Assembly (NCBI GenBank): GCA_016839765.1
Contig: JAEOTP010000077.1
Span: 1-60,188, forward strand
Source: Promethearchaeota archaeon
Lineage (GTDB): Archaea > Asgardarchaeota > Lokiarchaeia > Sigyniarchaeales > SOKP01
DNA length: 60,188 nucleotides
Direction of reading: 5' to 3'
Below, one piece after another: positions 1 through 10,601 of this stretch (position 1 is its first letter; each line of letters opens with the position of its first letter). A program made the translations under genes and the position numbers. Below the pieces are notes generated by a model that was not told the DNA's origin, ran no database searches, and saw only the letters and a program-made list of their open reading frames with translations.

Positions 1-93
1 TTTTAATTAGAAAAGCAAATATTAAAGCCATAACTAATATTTATTTATCCCGATTTTATAGTTATATTAATTATAATACAATAAATTAAAATC

Positions 94-1632
94 ATGAAGC
101 TAAAAGTAAAAAAAGTAAATTATGAAACTGGAAATACTAAAGACGTTGTTTTAAATATTAAAGATGCTCAAGAACTCGGTCAAAAAGCGGGAGAACGAAT
201 CTACATAAGAAATAAAGAATCAAAGTCAATTGAGAGTGAATTTTGGGTTGCAATAATCCAGATAGATTATTCTAATTCTATTGTAGAATCAGGTGAAATA
301 GGGATTTTTCTTGATATTTTAAAGGAAAAGAAAAATCTAAAAGATGGAACAATTATTTCAGTAAAACCCGCAGATCCCCCTGATTCTTTTAGATTTATAC
401 AAAAAAAGATAAAAGGGAAAAAACTTAACAGTGAAGAAATAAATAATTTTATTTCAGATGCTGTTTCAGGATCGTTATCCCGAATAGATTTAGCTGCTTT
501 TATAACTGGGGTTCAAATAAATGGAATGGATAATGAGGAAATGACGTCATTAACGTTAGCAGAAGTTAGAAGTGGAGATATCTTTTATTTTGGTATGGAT
601 GTCTATGACAAACATAGTACAGGGGGAGTACCAGGGAATAAAGTATCTTTAATTATTGTTCCAATTGTAGCTGCTGCGGGCTTAACGATCCCAAAATCAT
701 CTACAAGAGCTATTACTTCACCATCAGGAACAGCTGATTCAATGGAAGTATTAGCTCCTGTTACTTTTAAATCAGATGAATTAAAAGAGATTGTTTCAAA
801 AGAAAAAGCTTGCATTATTTGGGGTGGTGCATTAGATATTGCGCCTGCTGATAATATTTTAATTGAAATTGAACGTCCTCTTCATATGGATCCTATCGGT
901 TTAATGATTCCCTCTATACTCACTAAAAAACTTAGCATGGGCGTAAAAAAGCTTGTTTTAGATATTCCTGTTGGTGAGGGTACTAAATTCCAAACCCCTG
1001 ATAAAGGTAAACAATTTGCTTATTTATTTAAAGAAATTGCTGCCAATGTAGGAATTGAAGCAGAATGTGCGCTGACCTTAGCACATCAACCAATAGGCCA
1101 TGCAATTGGACCGGCTCTCGAAGCAAAAGAAGCTTTAACTTTACTGCGAGATTATTCTGCAGGTCCAAATTCTTTAATCGAAAAATCTACTGATTTAGCA
1201 GGTATGCTGCTTGAAATGGCTGGTAAAGCTCAAAAGGGGTCAGGTCAAGTTTTGGCAAAAGAAATACTACGATCTGGTAAAGCTTATGAAAAAATGAAAA
1301 GCATTATTGAAATTCAAGGTGGAAGTTCTGAGATAAAACCTGCTGATATTGAGGTTGGCCCATATCTAAAAGAGTTTTTTGCAACCAAAGAAGGATACAT
1401 TGTTGAGGTTAAAAATACAATAATAAATCAAATGGCAAAAGCTTTAGGGTGCCCTAATTCAAAAAGTTCGGGTGTAGAAATTATAAAAAAACAAGGTGCA
1501 AGATTGAAGAAAGGAGATCTTATTTGCCGAGTTTATTCTCATAGTCAATCTAAATTGAAAAAAGCAGAAAAAATATATAATGCATCAGGAGGACCAGTAA
1601 CTCTGGGCGGTATGGTAATGGAGAAAATTTAA
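94..1632 (+). CDS. deoA: AMP phosphorylase (archaeal thymidine/AMP phosphorylase family)
   Basis: 512 aa; DKHSTGGVPGNK and KSSTRAITSPSGTAD motifs, plus the N-terminal extension typical of the archaeal AMP phosphorylase type. Confidence 0.9.
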   Translation: MKLKVKKVNYETGNTKDVVLNIKDAQELGQKAGERIYIRNKESKSIESEFWVAIIQIDYSNSIVESGEIGIFLDILKEKKNLKDGTIISVKPADPPDSFRFIQKKIKGKKLNSEEINNFISDAVSGSLSRIDLAAFITGVQINGMDNEEMTSLTLAEVRSGDIFYFGMDVYDKHSTGGVPGNKVSLIIVPIVAAAGLTIPKSSTRAITSPSGTADSMEVLAPVTFKSDELKEIVSKEKACIIWGGALDIAPADNILIEIERPLHMDPIGLMIPSILTKKLSMGVKKLVLDIPVGEGTKFQTPDKGKQFAYLFKEIAANVGIEAECALTLAHQPIGHAIGPALEAKEALTLLRDYSAGPNSLIEKSTDLAGMLLEMAGKAQKGSGQVLAKEILRSGKAYEKMKSIIEIQGGSSEIKPADIEVGPYLKEFFATKEGYIVEVKNTIINQMAKALGCPNSKSSGVEIIKKQGARLKKGDLICRVYSHSQSKLKKAEKIYNASGGPVTLGGMVMEKI

Positions 1633-1659
1633 AGAAAATATAAATACATTAAAAAAAGT

Positions 1660-3162
1660 ATGCCTTTAACTCCTAGAGCAATTTATAATGATGTAAAAAA
1701 CAATGATCTAGATAAAACTTCAGCCTTAGAACTAATAATTATTTTAATTGAGAATACTGAAGATGTCAAAACTAGATTAGAATGTATAGATATATTAGAA
1801 AAAATTAATATAACAAATAAAAGAGTCTTTAAATTCCTAGAGAATCTTTTGATATCTGATTCTAATGAAAGAATTCGAAGTTTATCAGCAAAACTTCTGA
1901 AAAATTTGTTTTTAGAAGATGCCATACCGCCAATGAAATGGGCTCTGAAGAATGAAACCTCACTTAATACTTTGATATTTATTATTACTTATTTAAGTGA
2001 GATTGAAAGCATCAAAGCCAGAACATTTTTAATTAAAAAAATGAATGAAATTAATAAAAAGAAATATAAATATAATCTAAAAGATATTATTGAAGGATTA
2101 GATATTCAAAATCTCTCAAATAAAGAGTTAGCTGAAATTTTAATAAATTATTATATAATCTCTTCATTAAAACTAAAATTTGGCTACGTTAAGTTCGATA
2201 AAAATGAAAGCGGTGCAATAATTAATTTAGATTTATCCAACGTTGAATATCAAGGCCTGGGTTTAAACAAATTAAATGAATCTCTTGAGTCTATATTATC
2301 ATTAACTTTCCTCAAAAAGCTTGATTTGAGCAATAATCATTTAAAACTATTACCTGACAATATCAATCAACTTAATTCACTAGAACAGCTTGATTTAAGC
2401 TTTAATAGCCTAACATTCCTCCCTGAATCAATTGCAGCATTCTCTAGTCTTAAAATCTTAAATTTAAAATCTAATCATATAAAATTTTTACCAGAATCAT
2501 TAGGTTCTTTATCTAATCTTGAAACACTAATTTTAAGAGACAATTTTCTAAGAGAGTTACCAGAATCGTGTAGTAGTTTAAATTCATTAAGAATTTTGGA
2601 TCTTCATCATAATAAGTTATCTGAAATTAATAATAATTTATCTCGTCTCACTAACCTAAAGGAACTTGAACTAGGATGGAATAACTTAAAAGAAGTCCCT
2701 AATATTATAAAGGGTTTAAAATCTATTACGAAATTAAGTCTTGGTCGAAATGATTTAAATATCATACCAGATTGGATAAAATCTTCGGAATCTCTTAAAA
2801 TGTTACATTTATATGATAATCTATTAACGAGGCTTCCCGATAGTTTTCACTTTTTAAACAATTTGGAAGAATTAAATCTTAGGAATAATAAATTTACTGA
2901 ATTACCTCATTGTATTTCAAAATTAACATCACTTAAAATTCTAAATTTAAGTTGGAATAATATAGATTTCATTCCAAATTGGATTGATTCTCTTAAATCT
3001 CTTGAATTATTAAATCTTTGGGGGAATAACTTAAAAGAAATTCCTGATTCAATAGAATCCCTTCAAAATCTAAAAACCTTATATTTAAATTTCAATAAAA
3101 TAGATGATTTATCTAAATCTTTGCGAGTTTTAAAGGAAAGAGGGGTAACAATTAAAATTTAA
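1660..3162 (+). CDS. HEAT-like N-terminal domain + 12 leucine-rich repeats (paralog 1)
   Basis: N-terminal LENLLISDSNERIR helical repeats; 12 LxLxxNxL 23-aa repeats; C-terminus LKERGVTIKI. Confidence 0.9.
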   Translation: MPLTPRAIYNDVKNNDLDKTSALELIIILIENTEDVKTRLECIDILEKINITNKRVFKFLENLLISDSNERIRSLSAKLLKNLFLEDAIPPMKWALKNETSLNTLIFIITYLSEIESIKARTFLIKKMNEINKKKYKYNLKDIIEGLDIQNLSNKELAEILINYYIISSLKLKFGYVKFDKNESGAIINLDLSNVEYQGLGLNKLNESLESILSLTFLKKLDLSNNHLKLLPDNINQLNSLEQLDLSFNSLTFLPESIAAFSSLKILNLKSNHIKFLPESLGSLSNLETLILRDNFLRELPESCSSLNSLRILDLHHNKLSEINNNLSRLTNLKELELGWNNLKEVPNIIKGLKSITKLSLGRNDLNIIPDWIKSSESLKMLHLYDNLLTRLPDSFHFLNNLEELNLRNNKFTELPHCISKLTSLKILNLSWNNIDFIPNWIDSLKSLELLNLWGNNLKEIPDSIESLQNLKTLYLNFNKIDDLSKSLRVLKERGVTIKI

Positions 3163-3285
3163 ATATACGACTTACATTTCACCTCAAGATAAATAGTAAA
3201 AGTCAATAATTAAAACCACTTCATATTATTGTCCCTTCGGATTAAAAATAAAAAATTTAAAAATTATTGCAAATTTCGAGACTTA

Positions 3286-4785
3286 ATGGAATTACCTCCA
3301 AATATAGTTTATGATAGCTATCTTAATAATGAAATAGACAAGTCTTCAGCTATAAATCAATTAATTTCACTAATAGATAATAGTGAAAATATAAATGATA
3401 GAGTCAAAAGTATAGTTGTTCTGGGAAAAATATCGGCGGTAAATCCTCGCGTTTTCAAACTCTTAGAAAATTTATTAATATCTGACAACCATGAAATAAT
3501 TAGATTTAACGCATTAAATATACTGAGAAAAAATTTTAAAGATAAAATACTTGAACCATTTGCTTTTGCGCTTAATCATGAGAAATCATTGAGATGTCTA
3601 TTAACTATAACAAATACTTTAGGTGAAATAGATAACCATCAGTCAAGAATGATACTTATTAATAAACTAAATACAATAGAAATCAGTGATTTTAAAAGCC
3701 ATTATAGTAATCTATTTAAAAGAATAAATATACTAAATTTTTCTATTAATGATCTTGCTGAAGTTCTTAAGAATTATTTAATCATTTATCATTTAGAAAA
3801 AAAATACGGTAAATTAGATTTTAAATTAAGTAAAGGGGTAATTACAGAATTAGATTTATCCGAATTAAGTAGTAGTGTATATGGATGGAGCATTTTAAAA
3901 AAAATCCCCGAATTCATAACAGAATTAAACGCATTGAAAGTACTTGATTTAAAGTTTAATCGATTAAGCTTCATTCCACAATCCATAAGTATATTAACTT
4001 CATTAATTCATCTTGATTTAAGCTATAATAAAGTTAGTGAGCTTCCAAATGAAATAGGAAACTTAAAAGCATTAAAACATCTCAATCTAAGATATAATCA
4101 ATTGACACATGTTCCAGATTCAATAGGGAATCTTAAATTTCTTAAAATCCTAGATTTAAGATCGAATAAATTAAATTCCTTACCAAAATCATTAAATCGG
4201 CTTTCGAGTTTAGAAGTTTTAGATTTATATGGAAATCAGTTGAAAAATATCATTATTTCATTAAAACGATTATTATCACTAAAATATTTAGAGCTTGGCT
4301 TAAATAAATTGGAAAAGTTCCCGACTTGGATAAAATCTTTAAAATCGATTACAAAATTGGGATTAGGGGGAAATAAATTAAAACAATTACCGAATTGGAT
4401 TAGTTCACTGAGATCACTTAAAACTCTTCATTTATACGACAATGAATTAATAAATCTTCCAAAATCTATTGGGTCATTATCATCTTTAGAAGAACTTACA
4501 TTATGGAATAACAGATTAACTACATTACCTAAATCATTTAGTTCATTAAAATCTCTTAAAAAATTAAATTTAAGCTGGAACAATTTTGAAGAATTACCAG
4601 AATGGTTTGGCTCTCTCCATTCATTAGAAACATTAAGTTTATGGGGTAATAAATTAAATGAACTCCCTCAATCTATATCTGATTTATCTTCACTTAAAAT
4701 ATTAGATTTAAATTTTAATTATATAGCTGAAATTCCAGACTTTTTGAAAAATTTAGAGAAACGAGGATTAATTATCTATAAATAA
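3286..4785 (+). CDS. HEAT-like + 12 LRR protein (paralog 2)
   Basis: Start moved from TTG 3229 to ATG 3286 because MELPPNIVY aligns with paralog starts MPLTPRAIY/MNLTPQKIY; 12 LRRs; C-terminus LEKRGLIIYK. Confidence 0.88.
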   Translation: MELPPNIVYDSYLNNEIDKSSAINQLISLIDNSENINDRVKSIVVLGKISAVNPRVFKLLENLLISDNHEIIRFNALNILRKNFKDKILEPFAFALNHEKSLRCLLTITNTLGEIDNHQSRMILINKLNTIEISDFKSHYSNLFKRINILNFSINDLAEVLKNYLIIYHLEKKYGKLDFKLSKGVITELDLSELSSSVYGWSILKKIPEFITELNALKVLDLKFNRLSFIPQSISILTSLIHLDLSYNKVSELPNEIGNLKALKHLNLRYNQLTHVPDSIGNLKFLKILDLRSNKLNSLPKSLNRLSSLEVLDLYGNQLKNIIISLKRLLSLKYLELGLNKLEKFPTWIKSLKSITKLGLGGNKLKQLPNWISSLRSLKTLHLYDNELINLPKSIGSLSSLEELTLWNNRLTTLPKSFSSLKSLKKLNLSWNNFEELPEWFGSLHSLETLSLWGNKLNELPQSISDLSSLKILDLNFNYIAEIPDFLKNLEKRGLIIYK

Positions 4786-4811
4786 TAATTGCTAAAAAAT
4801 CGTCAAATAAA

Positions 4812-6194
4812 ATGATAGATTTAGACCCAAATAAGATTTATGAAGATCTCCTTGATAAAAGGATTGATAAATCATCAGCAATTAATAAATTAATTATCCT
4901 AATAGAAAATAGTAATAGCATCCCAATTAGATTTAACAGTATTCAAATTTTGGCAAAAATCGGGGAAAATTTTGAAAATAAAGGAATTTCTAAAAAAAAA
5001 ATATTCAAACTATTTGAAAATTTAATGCTCTCTGATTCTAATGAGAAAATAAGAAATAGTGCTGCAAAAATCTTAGGGGCCAAATTTTTAGAAGATTCCT
5101 TAAATCCTATGAAATGGGCACTTCAACATGAACAGTCTCCTCTCTGTTTAGACACGATCTTTCAAACGCTTCTTAAAATAGTGAAAAATCTGGGAAAAAT
5201 TGAGAATCGGTTCTCAAAATTTATTTTAATTCATGAATTAAAACAAATGTCTGATAAGGATTTTAAAATTGGCTTTGAGAATATATTAGAAAAGAGAAGA
5301 TTTAATAACTTAACTAATTATGAATTATCTTTAATTTTACTAAATTATTTTTCGATAACGTATTTGAGAAAAACGATTTGGCGTTTAAATTATACTATAG
5401 AAAATTGTAAAGTTATTCAATTAGATTTTCAGTTTAAAGGTCTAATAACAGTTCCTGAGGCAGTTCAAAATCTAGATTCTCTTAAAATTTTAAGCTTAAG
5501 GTACAATCAAATTACACATATACCTGAATGGATTACAAAATTGAAATATTTAGAAAGTATTAATTTAAATGTAAACACCATAAATCAATTACCTGAAACA
5601 ATTGGTTCACTTTCCAATTTAAAACAGCTTACTTTATGGAAAAATGATCTTGAGGTACTTCCCGATTCAATATGTAATTTAAAAGCTTTAAAAATCTTAA
5701 ATTTAAGGTTAAATCAATTAAAAGAATTGCCTCATAACATTGGTAATTTAAAGCATCTTCGTGAATTAAATCTTCATGATAATAAATTAAATACCTTACC
5801 GAATTCGATTTCAGAACTTACTTCTTTAGAAAAATTGAATTTAAGTTGGAATCTATTCCAGACCATCCCAAATTCACTTAGTTCACTTTCTAAGTTAAAA
5901 ATTCTCGATCTTGAAAGAAATGAATTAAGTTATATTCCAGAAACAATTGGTAAATTAGAAAAGCTGCAAATGATGAATTTGAGTGATAATAAATTATCAA
6001 CAATTCCAAAAACAATTGGTTTGCTTAATAGCTTAAGATATTTAAATTTGTCTAGAAATAATATCGAACATCTCCCAGAATCATTACTTTCTATTACATC
6101 TTTAAAGGAATTAAATTTAACAGATAATAAATTGAAAGAAGTGCCAGTAGGTTTAAAAAAGTTAGAAGAAAAGGGCTTAATTATTTATATTTAA
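4812..6194 (+). CDS. HEAT-like + 10 LRR protein (paralog 3)
   Basis: Same N-terminal module (FENLMLSDSNEKIR, PMKWALQHE); 10 LRRs; C-terminus LEEKGLIIYI. Confidence 0.9.
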   Translation: MIDLDPNKIYEDLLDKRIDKSSAINKLIILIENSNSIPIRFNSIQILAKIGENFENKGISKKKIFKLFENLMLSDSNEKIRNSAAKILGAKFLEDSLNPMKWALQHEQSPLCLDTIFQTLLKIVKNLGKIENRFSKFILIHELKQMSDKDFKIGFENILEKRRFNNLTNYELSLILLNYFSITYLRKTIWRLNYTIENCKVIQLDFQFKGLITVPEAVQNLDSLKILSLRYNQITHIPEWITKLKYLESINLNVNTINQLPETIGSLSNLKQLTLWKNDLEVLPDSICNLKALKILNLRLNQLKELPHNIGNLKHLRELNLHDNKLNTLPNSISELTSLEKLNLSWNLFQTIPNSLSSLSKLKILDLERNELSYIPETIGKLEKLQMMNLSDNKLSTIPKTIGLLNSLRYLNLSRNNIEHLPESLLSITSLKELNLTDNKLKEVPVGLKKLEEKGLIIYI

Positions 6195-6199
6195 TATTA

Positions 6200-7957
6200 T
6201 TATTGAGTTTCATATAAGCTTTTTATTTCCTCAACAGTTGTTACATCTTTTGGACCCTTTTCTGGACGAATTCTTTGAAATACAGGAAATCTCATAGAAT
6301 AACCCAAAGAAGAAAATTTATCACTAACAGTAATTTCATCACCAAATATTTCAATAACAATTTCTGGTATTAACCACTGATCTGGTTTATCATCACATAT
6401 AACATCACTTGGTTTTTTTTCGACTTCATACTTCTTCACCTCACTCTTTAGTGTTTCCATTATTTCGTCAGTCCAACCTGATGCTATACGAGTAAAAGCT
6501 TCAAATTTGTCATTTAAAGGATCATAGACTGCTCCAATATAGGTTCCATACCATCCCTTTCTGCGTCCTCTACCATAAAATGCTCCAACTAGAACCACAT
6601 CAACTGTATCAGCTAACTTTCCACCTTCTAGTCCTTTTAACTTTATCCAGAGAAAACCACGATTTCCTGCTTGATAAAAAGAGTCATTCTTTATAGATTT
6701 GATAATTATACCCTCGGTTCCTGCATTTCTTGCTTCATTAAAGAAATCTAGCATCTCTTCTGTGGAATTGATTTGTTTTGAGTCAACTAAGCGGATTTCA
6801 TCTTTCTGTTCTACAATTTCTTCAAGCTTTTTCCTACGTTCAGGATAGATTCTATCTATATATGACTCATCCCCAATCATTAATATGTCAAATAAAAATA
6901 TGCTTACGGGTATTTCTTTAGAAATGTCTTCAATATCATATTTTCTTCGCCTTCTACTTAACACTTGGAATGGAAGCATTTTTTCATAAAAGTGATCCAT
7001 TGCTACTACTTCTCCTTCAAGAATAACCCTTTTTGCTTTAATTTTATCCCTAATAACTTGACAAACATCAGGATACTGTTCAGAAATTTCAAGTAATCTT
7101 CTTGAAAATAACAAAATCTTCTCTCCCATTTTGTGAATTTGTAATCTTTCACCATCTAATTTATATTCAGCAACACATGGTTTTCCTAACTTATCAATAA
7201 TTTCTGAATAAGAAACACGAGATGCAAGCATATTTCGAACAGGTGTACCGTAAGAGATTTTAATCTTTTTTACTTCTTCTATTCCCTTTTTCGCTAAAAT
7301 TAGAGTAACGTCTCCCAAATCAGGATGTTGATTGTATGCCTTCTCAATAAAATCTCTTGCTTTTTTATCCCCTATAAATCCTTGTGCTAAACCATCAATG
7401 ATTGTTAAAGTTGATACTCCCACTCTTAAGGTCGATGTTATTATTCTTAATAGATATTTTGTTTCAATAGGAGAACATTTTCTCATCAAACTACGTAGAA
7501 TTCCTAATTTGATATCTTGAGAACCAGAACCTTCAGTTTTAGCTATTTTTTGTAACGCAGAATATAATTCGGATATCTCTAAAGATGATTCTGATGCTTC
7601 CATATCTTTATCAAAATCAAATAAAGATTTTTGTTTTTTCTTCTTAGAAAGAATTAGTTCTGCTGTAGCACCTATATCTCCTTCTTTTAATAAAATATTT
7701 TTTATTTCTTTTCCATTAATACCTGAATGGAGCGATAAAGCCTCAATTATCATCTTTTCAGCAAGTCCTAATTTGGGAAATTGCTTAATATTGGAAACAA
7801 GTTGGCCTTGCAGTAAGTAGATGATTTTATCTAAATCAGAAAAATCGTTTGTAGTTTTAATATCTAGAAAAAAATTTGAGAGAATATCAATCATTTCAAG
7901 TCTTTTTGATGTGCTCTCTAACTTAGAAAATAAATCTGCTAACTTTTTGAATTGCAT
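6200..7957 (-). CDS. lig: ATP-dependent DNA ligase
   Basis: 585 aa; EYKLDGERLQIH (motif I), EGIIIK, WIKLK, MRFPVFQRIRPEK. Confidence 0.96.
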   Translation of the reverse strand: MQFKKLADLFSKLESTSKRLEMIDILSNFFLDIKTTNDFSDLDKIIYLLQGQLVSNIKQFPKLGLAEKMIIEALSLHSGINGKEIKNILLKEGDIGATAELILSKKKKQKSLFDFDKDMEASESSLEISELYSALQKIAKTEGSGSQDIKLGILRSLMRKCSPIETKYLLRIITSTLRVGVSTLTIIDGLAQGFIGDKKARDFIEKAYNQHPDLGDVTLILAKKGIEEVKKIKISYGTPVRNMLASRVSYSEIIDKLGKPCVAEYKLDGERLQIHKMGEKILLFSRRLLEISEQYPDVCQVIRDKIKAKRVILEGEVVAMDHFYEKMLPFQVLSRRRRKYDIEDISKEIPVSIFLFDILMIGDESYIDRIYPERRKKLEEIVEQKDEIRLVDSKQINSTEEMLDFFNEARNAGTEGIIIKSIKNDSFYQAGNRGFLWIKLKGLEGGKLADTVDVVLVGAFYGRGRRKGWYGTYIGAVYDPLNDKFEAFTRIASGWTDEIMETLKSEVKKYEVEKKPSDVICDDKPDQWLIPEIVIEIFGDEITVSDKFSSLGYSMRFPVFQRIRPEKGPKDVTTVEEIKSLYETQ

Positions 7958-8070
7958 AAGATTCTCTATGTATTTTTCGATTAGAAATTAAGAATAATTA
8001 CTCTATTATTATTAAATAAATATCACTATAAATTTAAATAACAATATTAAAAAAATTTAGAAAAAAAAGA

Positions 8071-8940
8071 TTATAATAATTTTGAAAGCTCAACAAACTT
8101 CTTTTGAATTTCAATTTTAATATTAGTAGAGATTCCAGAAAATGAGTCTGACGTGAATCTTATTTTCCCTTCGGATATTGAAAATTCACATACTTTCCCA
8201 TCCATGTGTTCTACTGAATAATTACCATCATCCTTTTTAGATACCCAGATATCGTTAAAGAATTCAGTTATAGCTATTAAAACAAATCCTATTTTTGCTT
8301 GAACGTCAAGATCTAGTACCTTTTCTGGTGCGATATCTACTTTAGGTACTGTTTCAGTTTTTACTGATACTTCTGGTTTAGCATTATATTCAGAAGCATG
8401 TCTTATAGCAGGTGAGGCTACAACTGGTGCTTCCTGCTTAATAACCGGAGCAGATTCAAATTTAACTTCTGGAACTGGCGCGGGTTTAGGTTTTACTGGG
8501 GTAAATTTGGGTTCTGGTTTCGAAACAGCTTTAATAGGAACTTGCTTAGCTCCCTCAATATCAAAAGTGATGATAAAATTATCCAAATCCTTAAATTCTC
8601 TATTTAATATATTTTGTAGTTCCTCATTTAATTTTGTAGTTTCAGGGTCTCTTCCGATCTTCCTTTGATCTATTTCTTTCAAAAGTTTTATATCTCTACC
8701 AATTATACTCTTTCCTGCTACATATCCATGACCTTTTAAAGATTCAGCCTGTCTAAGAGCAGTTCTTCTAGCCACCAATCCCTGTCTTGATCCATGCCAT
8801 AAATACAAAGAAGAGGATCCTTCATCAAGAATTATTATATTTTTATCTGGTGAAAGATTATCGATATTCCATTTAATAGGTTCACTTACACCACCTTCTA
8901 GCACTTCAAACATTAGTGCGAAATCCATTTTTAACTCCAC
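8071..8940 (-). CDS. Gelsolin-like domain protein with Pro-rich linker and C-terminal domain
   Basis: IIILDEGSSSLYLWHGSRQGLVARRTALRQAESL matches the gelsolin repeat core (ILD..lylW.G......A...A..l); Pro/Lys-rich linker; start may be the slightly downstream ATG (MDFALMF). Confidence 0.7.
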   Translation of the reverse strand: MELKMDFALMFEVLEGGVSEPIKWNIDNLSPDKNIIILDEGSSSLYLWHGSRQGLVARRTALRQAESLKGHGYVAGKSIIGRDIKLLKEIDQRKIGRDPETTKLNEELQNILNREFKDLDNFIITFDIEGAKQVPIKAVSKPEPKFTPVKPKPAPVPEVKFESAPVIKQEAPVVASPAIRHASEYNAKPEVSVKTETVPKVDIAPEKVLDLDVQAKIGFVLIAITEFFNDIWVSKKDDGNYSVEHMDGKVCEFSISEGKIRFTSDSFSGISTNIKIEIQKKFVELSKLL

Positions 8941-9071
8941 ATAAAATGATTATAATTATGCTAACAATAGTATTATAAGTTTAATATTTTTAGGAAATTA
9001 AAAAATTAAGTTTTCAAAAATGATTTATTTTTTTAAGATAATAAACACAATTATCATATTAATTAATATCT

Positions 9072-9292
9072 AGTGATATTCTGCTGGGACTAATCATATC
9101 CTTCCTACTTGTGGAAATGCAAAAAGGTATTCTGGGCTGAGCATTTATCACTTTTTAAATATTATTGATATATTAAGATCTACTAAAGAGAGATTGAAAA
9201 TCTTATGTAAATCAGCAATTAGAATTGCTCAATTTGAATGTTTTCAAGCATATAAAAAATCTATTGAAGAAAGATTAAAAGAAAAAAATTAA
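9072..9292 (+). pseudogene. hisD: C-terminal remnant of histidinol dehydrogenase
   Basis: Frame from 9077 reads YSAGTNHILPTCGNAKRYSGLSIYHFLN...AIRIAQFECFQAYKKSIEERLKEKN*, matching the HisD C-terminal GDY.aGtNHvLPT.G.Ar..SgL motif; no start codon, in-frame TAG TGA just upstream; directly 5' of hisC. Confidence 0.8.
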
Positions 9293-9377
9293 AATATATA
9301 AAGAAATAACATATTTATTAAATTACTTGATTAAAGCATTATTCAGATATTTATATAATCGAACTAGGTTATAAATT

Positions 9378-10469
9378 ATGGATATACCAGATTTATTTAA
9401 AAATAGTCTTAAGAAATATAGTCCTTACGAACCAGGAGAACAACCCGATGAAGATGGATGGATTTTATTAAATACTAACGAAAATCCATACCCTCCTGTT
9501 CCTGAAATTGTGGAAGATATAAAAGATGCTATTGGAAATGGTGAAGTGCTAAGAAAGTATCCTGATTCTCTAGCACTTGAAGTAAGAAAAGCTGTTCTTA
9601 ACCAACTTTTAAGAGATAAAGATACTCTTACAAATAGAAATAGTATTTTCATTGGTAATGGTTCAGATGAGATTTTTGATATTATATTTAAGGTTTTTAT
9701 AAATCCTGGAGATGAAATTGTTGTCTTTTATCCCACTTATGGATTTTATAAAGTATTAGCTAATCTTTATGATGCCAAAATAAATGAAATAAAACTAAAT
9801 GATGATTTTACCGTACCAGAATCTGCTTTTAATGTAAAAGGAAAATTAATGTTTATTAATTCACCAAATAATCCTAATGGTAAATCATTTCAAAATTCAA
9901 CCATTTTGAAATTATGTGAACATTTTTCTGGAATAGTAGTTGTAGATGAGGCTTATGCTGATTTCTCGGATTTTACCTGTTTATCATTATTAAAAACCAT
10001 AAACAATTTAATAGTATGTAGAACCTTCTCCAAAACATTTTCCGTTGCCTCAATGAGAATTGGTTATGCCTTAGCTGACTCAATAATAATAAAAGAGATG
10101 AATAGAGTCAAATTACCATACAATACAAGTTATCTCGCACAAATCACAGCATTGTTATGTATAAAATATAGAAGGAAAATTTTTGAGCAAAACAAAGAAA
10201 TTATTTCAGAAAGAAAGAGATTGACTGAAGAACTGAATAAATATAATGGTATAAGTGTAGTTCCTTCAGATGCTAATTTTATATTTATAAAATTTGATGA
10301 TAAATCAACCACCCTTAAATTTTTATGGGATTTGAAAGATATGAAAATCCTAGTACGCCACTTTAGTCAACCTGGATTATATAATTATATTAGGTTAACA
10401 ATAGGGACAGAAGAACAGAATAACAAATTTCTGGCTGCTTTCAATGGAATTGCAAACAAATACTTATAA
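9378..10469 (+). CDS. hisC: Histidinol-phosphate aminotransferase
   Basis: LNTNENPYPP, GNGSDE, SPNNPNG, VDEAY, RTFSK(PLP Lys)...RIGY. Confidence 0.93.
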   Translation: MDIPDLFKNSLKKYSPYEPGEQPDEDGWILLNTNENPYPPVPEIVEDIKDAIGNGEVLRKYPDSLALEVRKAVLNQLLRDKDTLTNRNSIFIGNGSDEIFDIIFKVFINPGDEIVVFYPTYGFYKVLANLYDAKINEIKLNDDFTVPESAFNVKGKLMFINSPNNPNGKSFQNSTILKLCEHFSGIVVVDEAYADFSDFTCLSLLKTINNLIVCRTFSKTFSVASMRIGYALADSIIIKEMNRVKLPYNTSYLAQITALLCIKYRRKIFEQNKEIISERKRLTEELNKYNGISVVPSDANFIFIKFDDKSTTLKFLWDLKDMKILVRHFSQPGLYNYIRLTIGTEEQNNKFLAAFNGIANKYL

Positions 10470-10601
10470 TCTCATTACAGAGAAAATTTCATATATTGAC
10501 TGATCAAAATATTTATTATCAAAATAGTATTTATATCACTAATCTACTACTTTTAGCAGAGTTGATTAAAAATCCCAATATTTCCCTTTAAAGTAGATGA
10601 A

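Noticed and set aside
3229-3285. TTG start for LRR paralog 2
   Set aside because: Paralog alignment places the start at ATG 3286
1660-6194. LRR genes as NLR/Roco proteins or diversity-generating retroelement targets
   Set aside because: No NTPase, Roc-COR or TIR domain, no reverse transcriptase and no template/variable repeat pair seen
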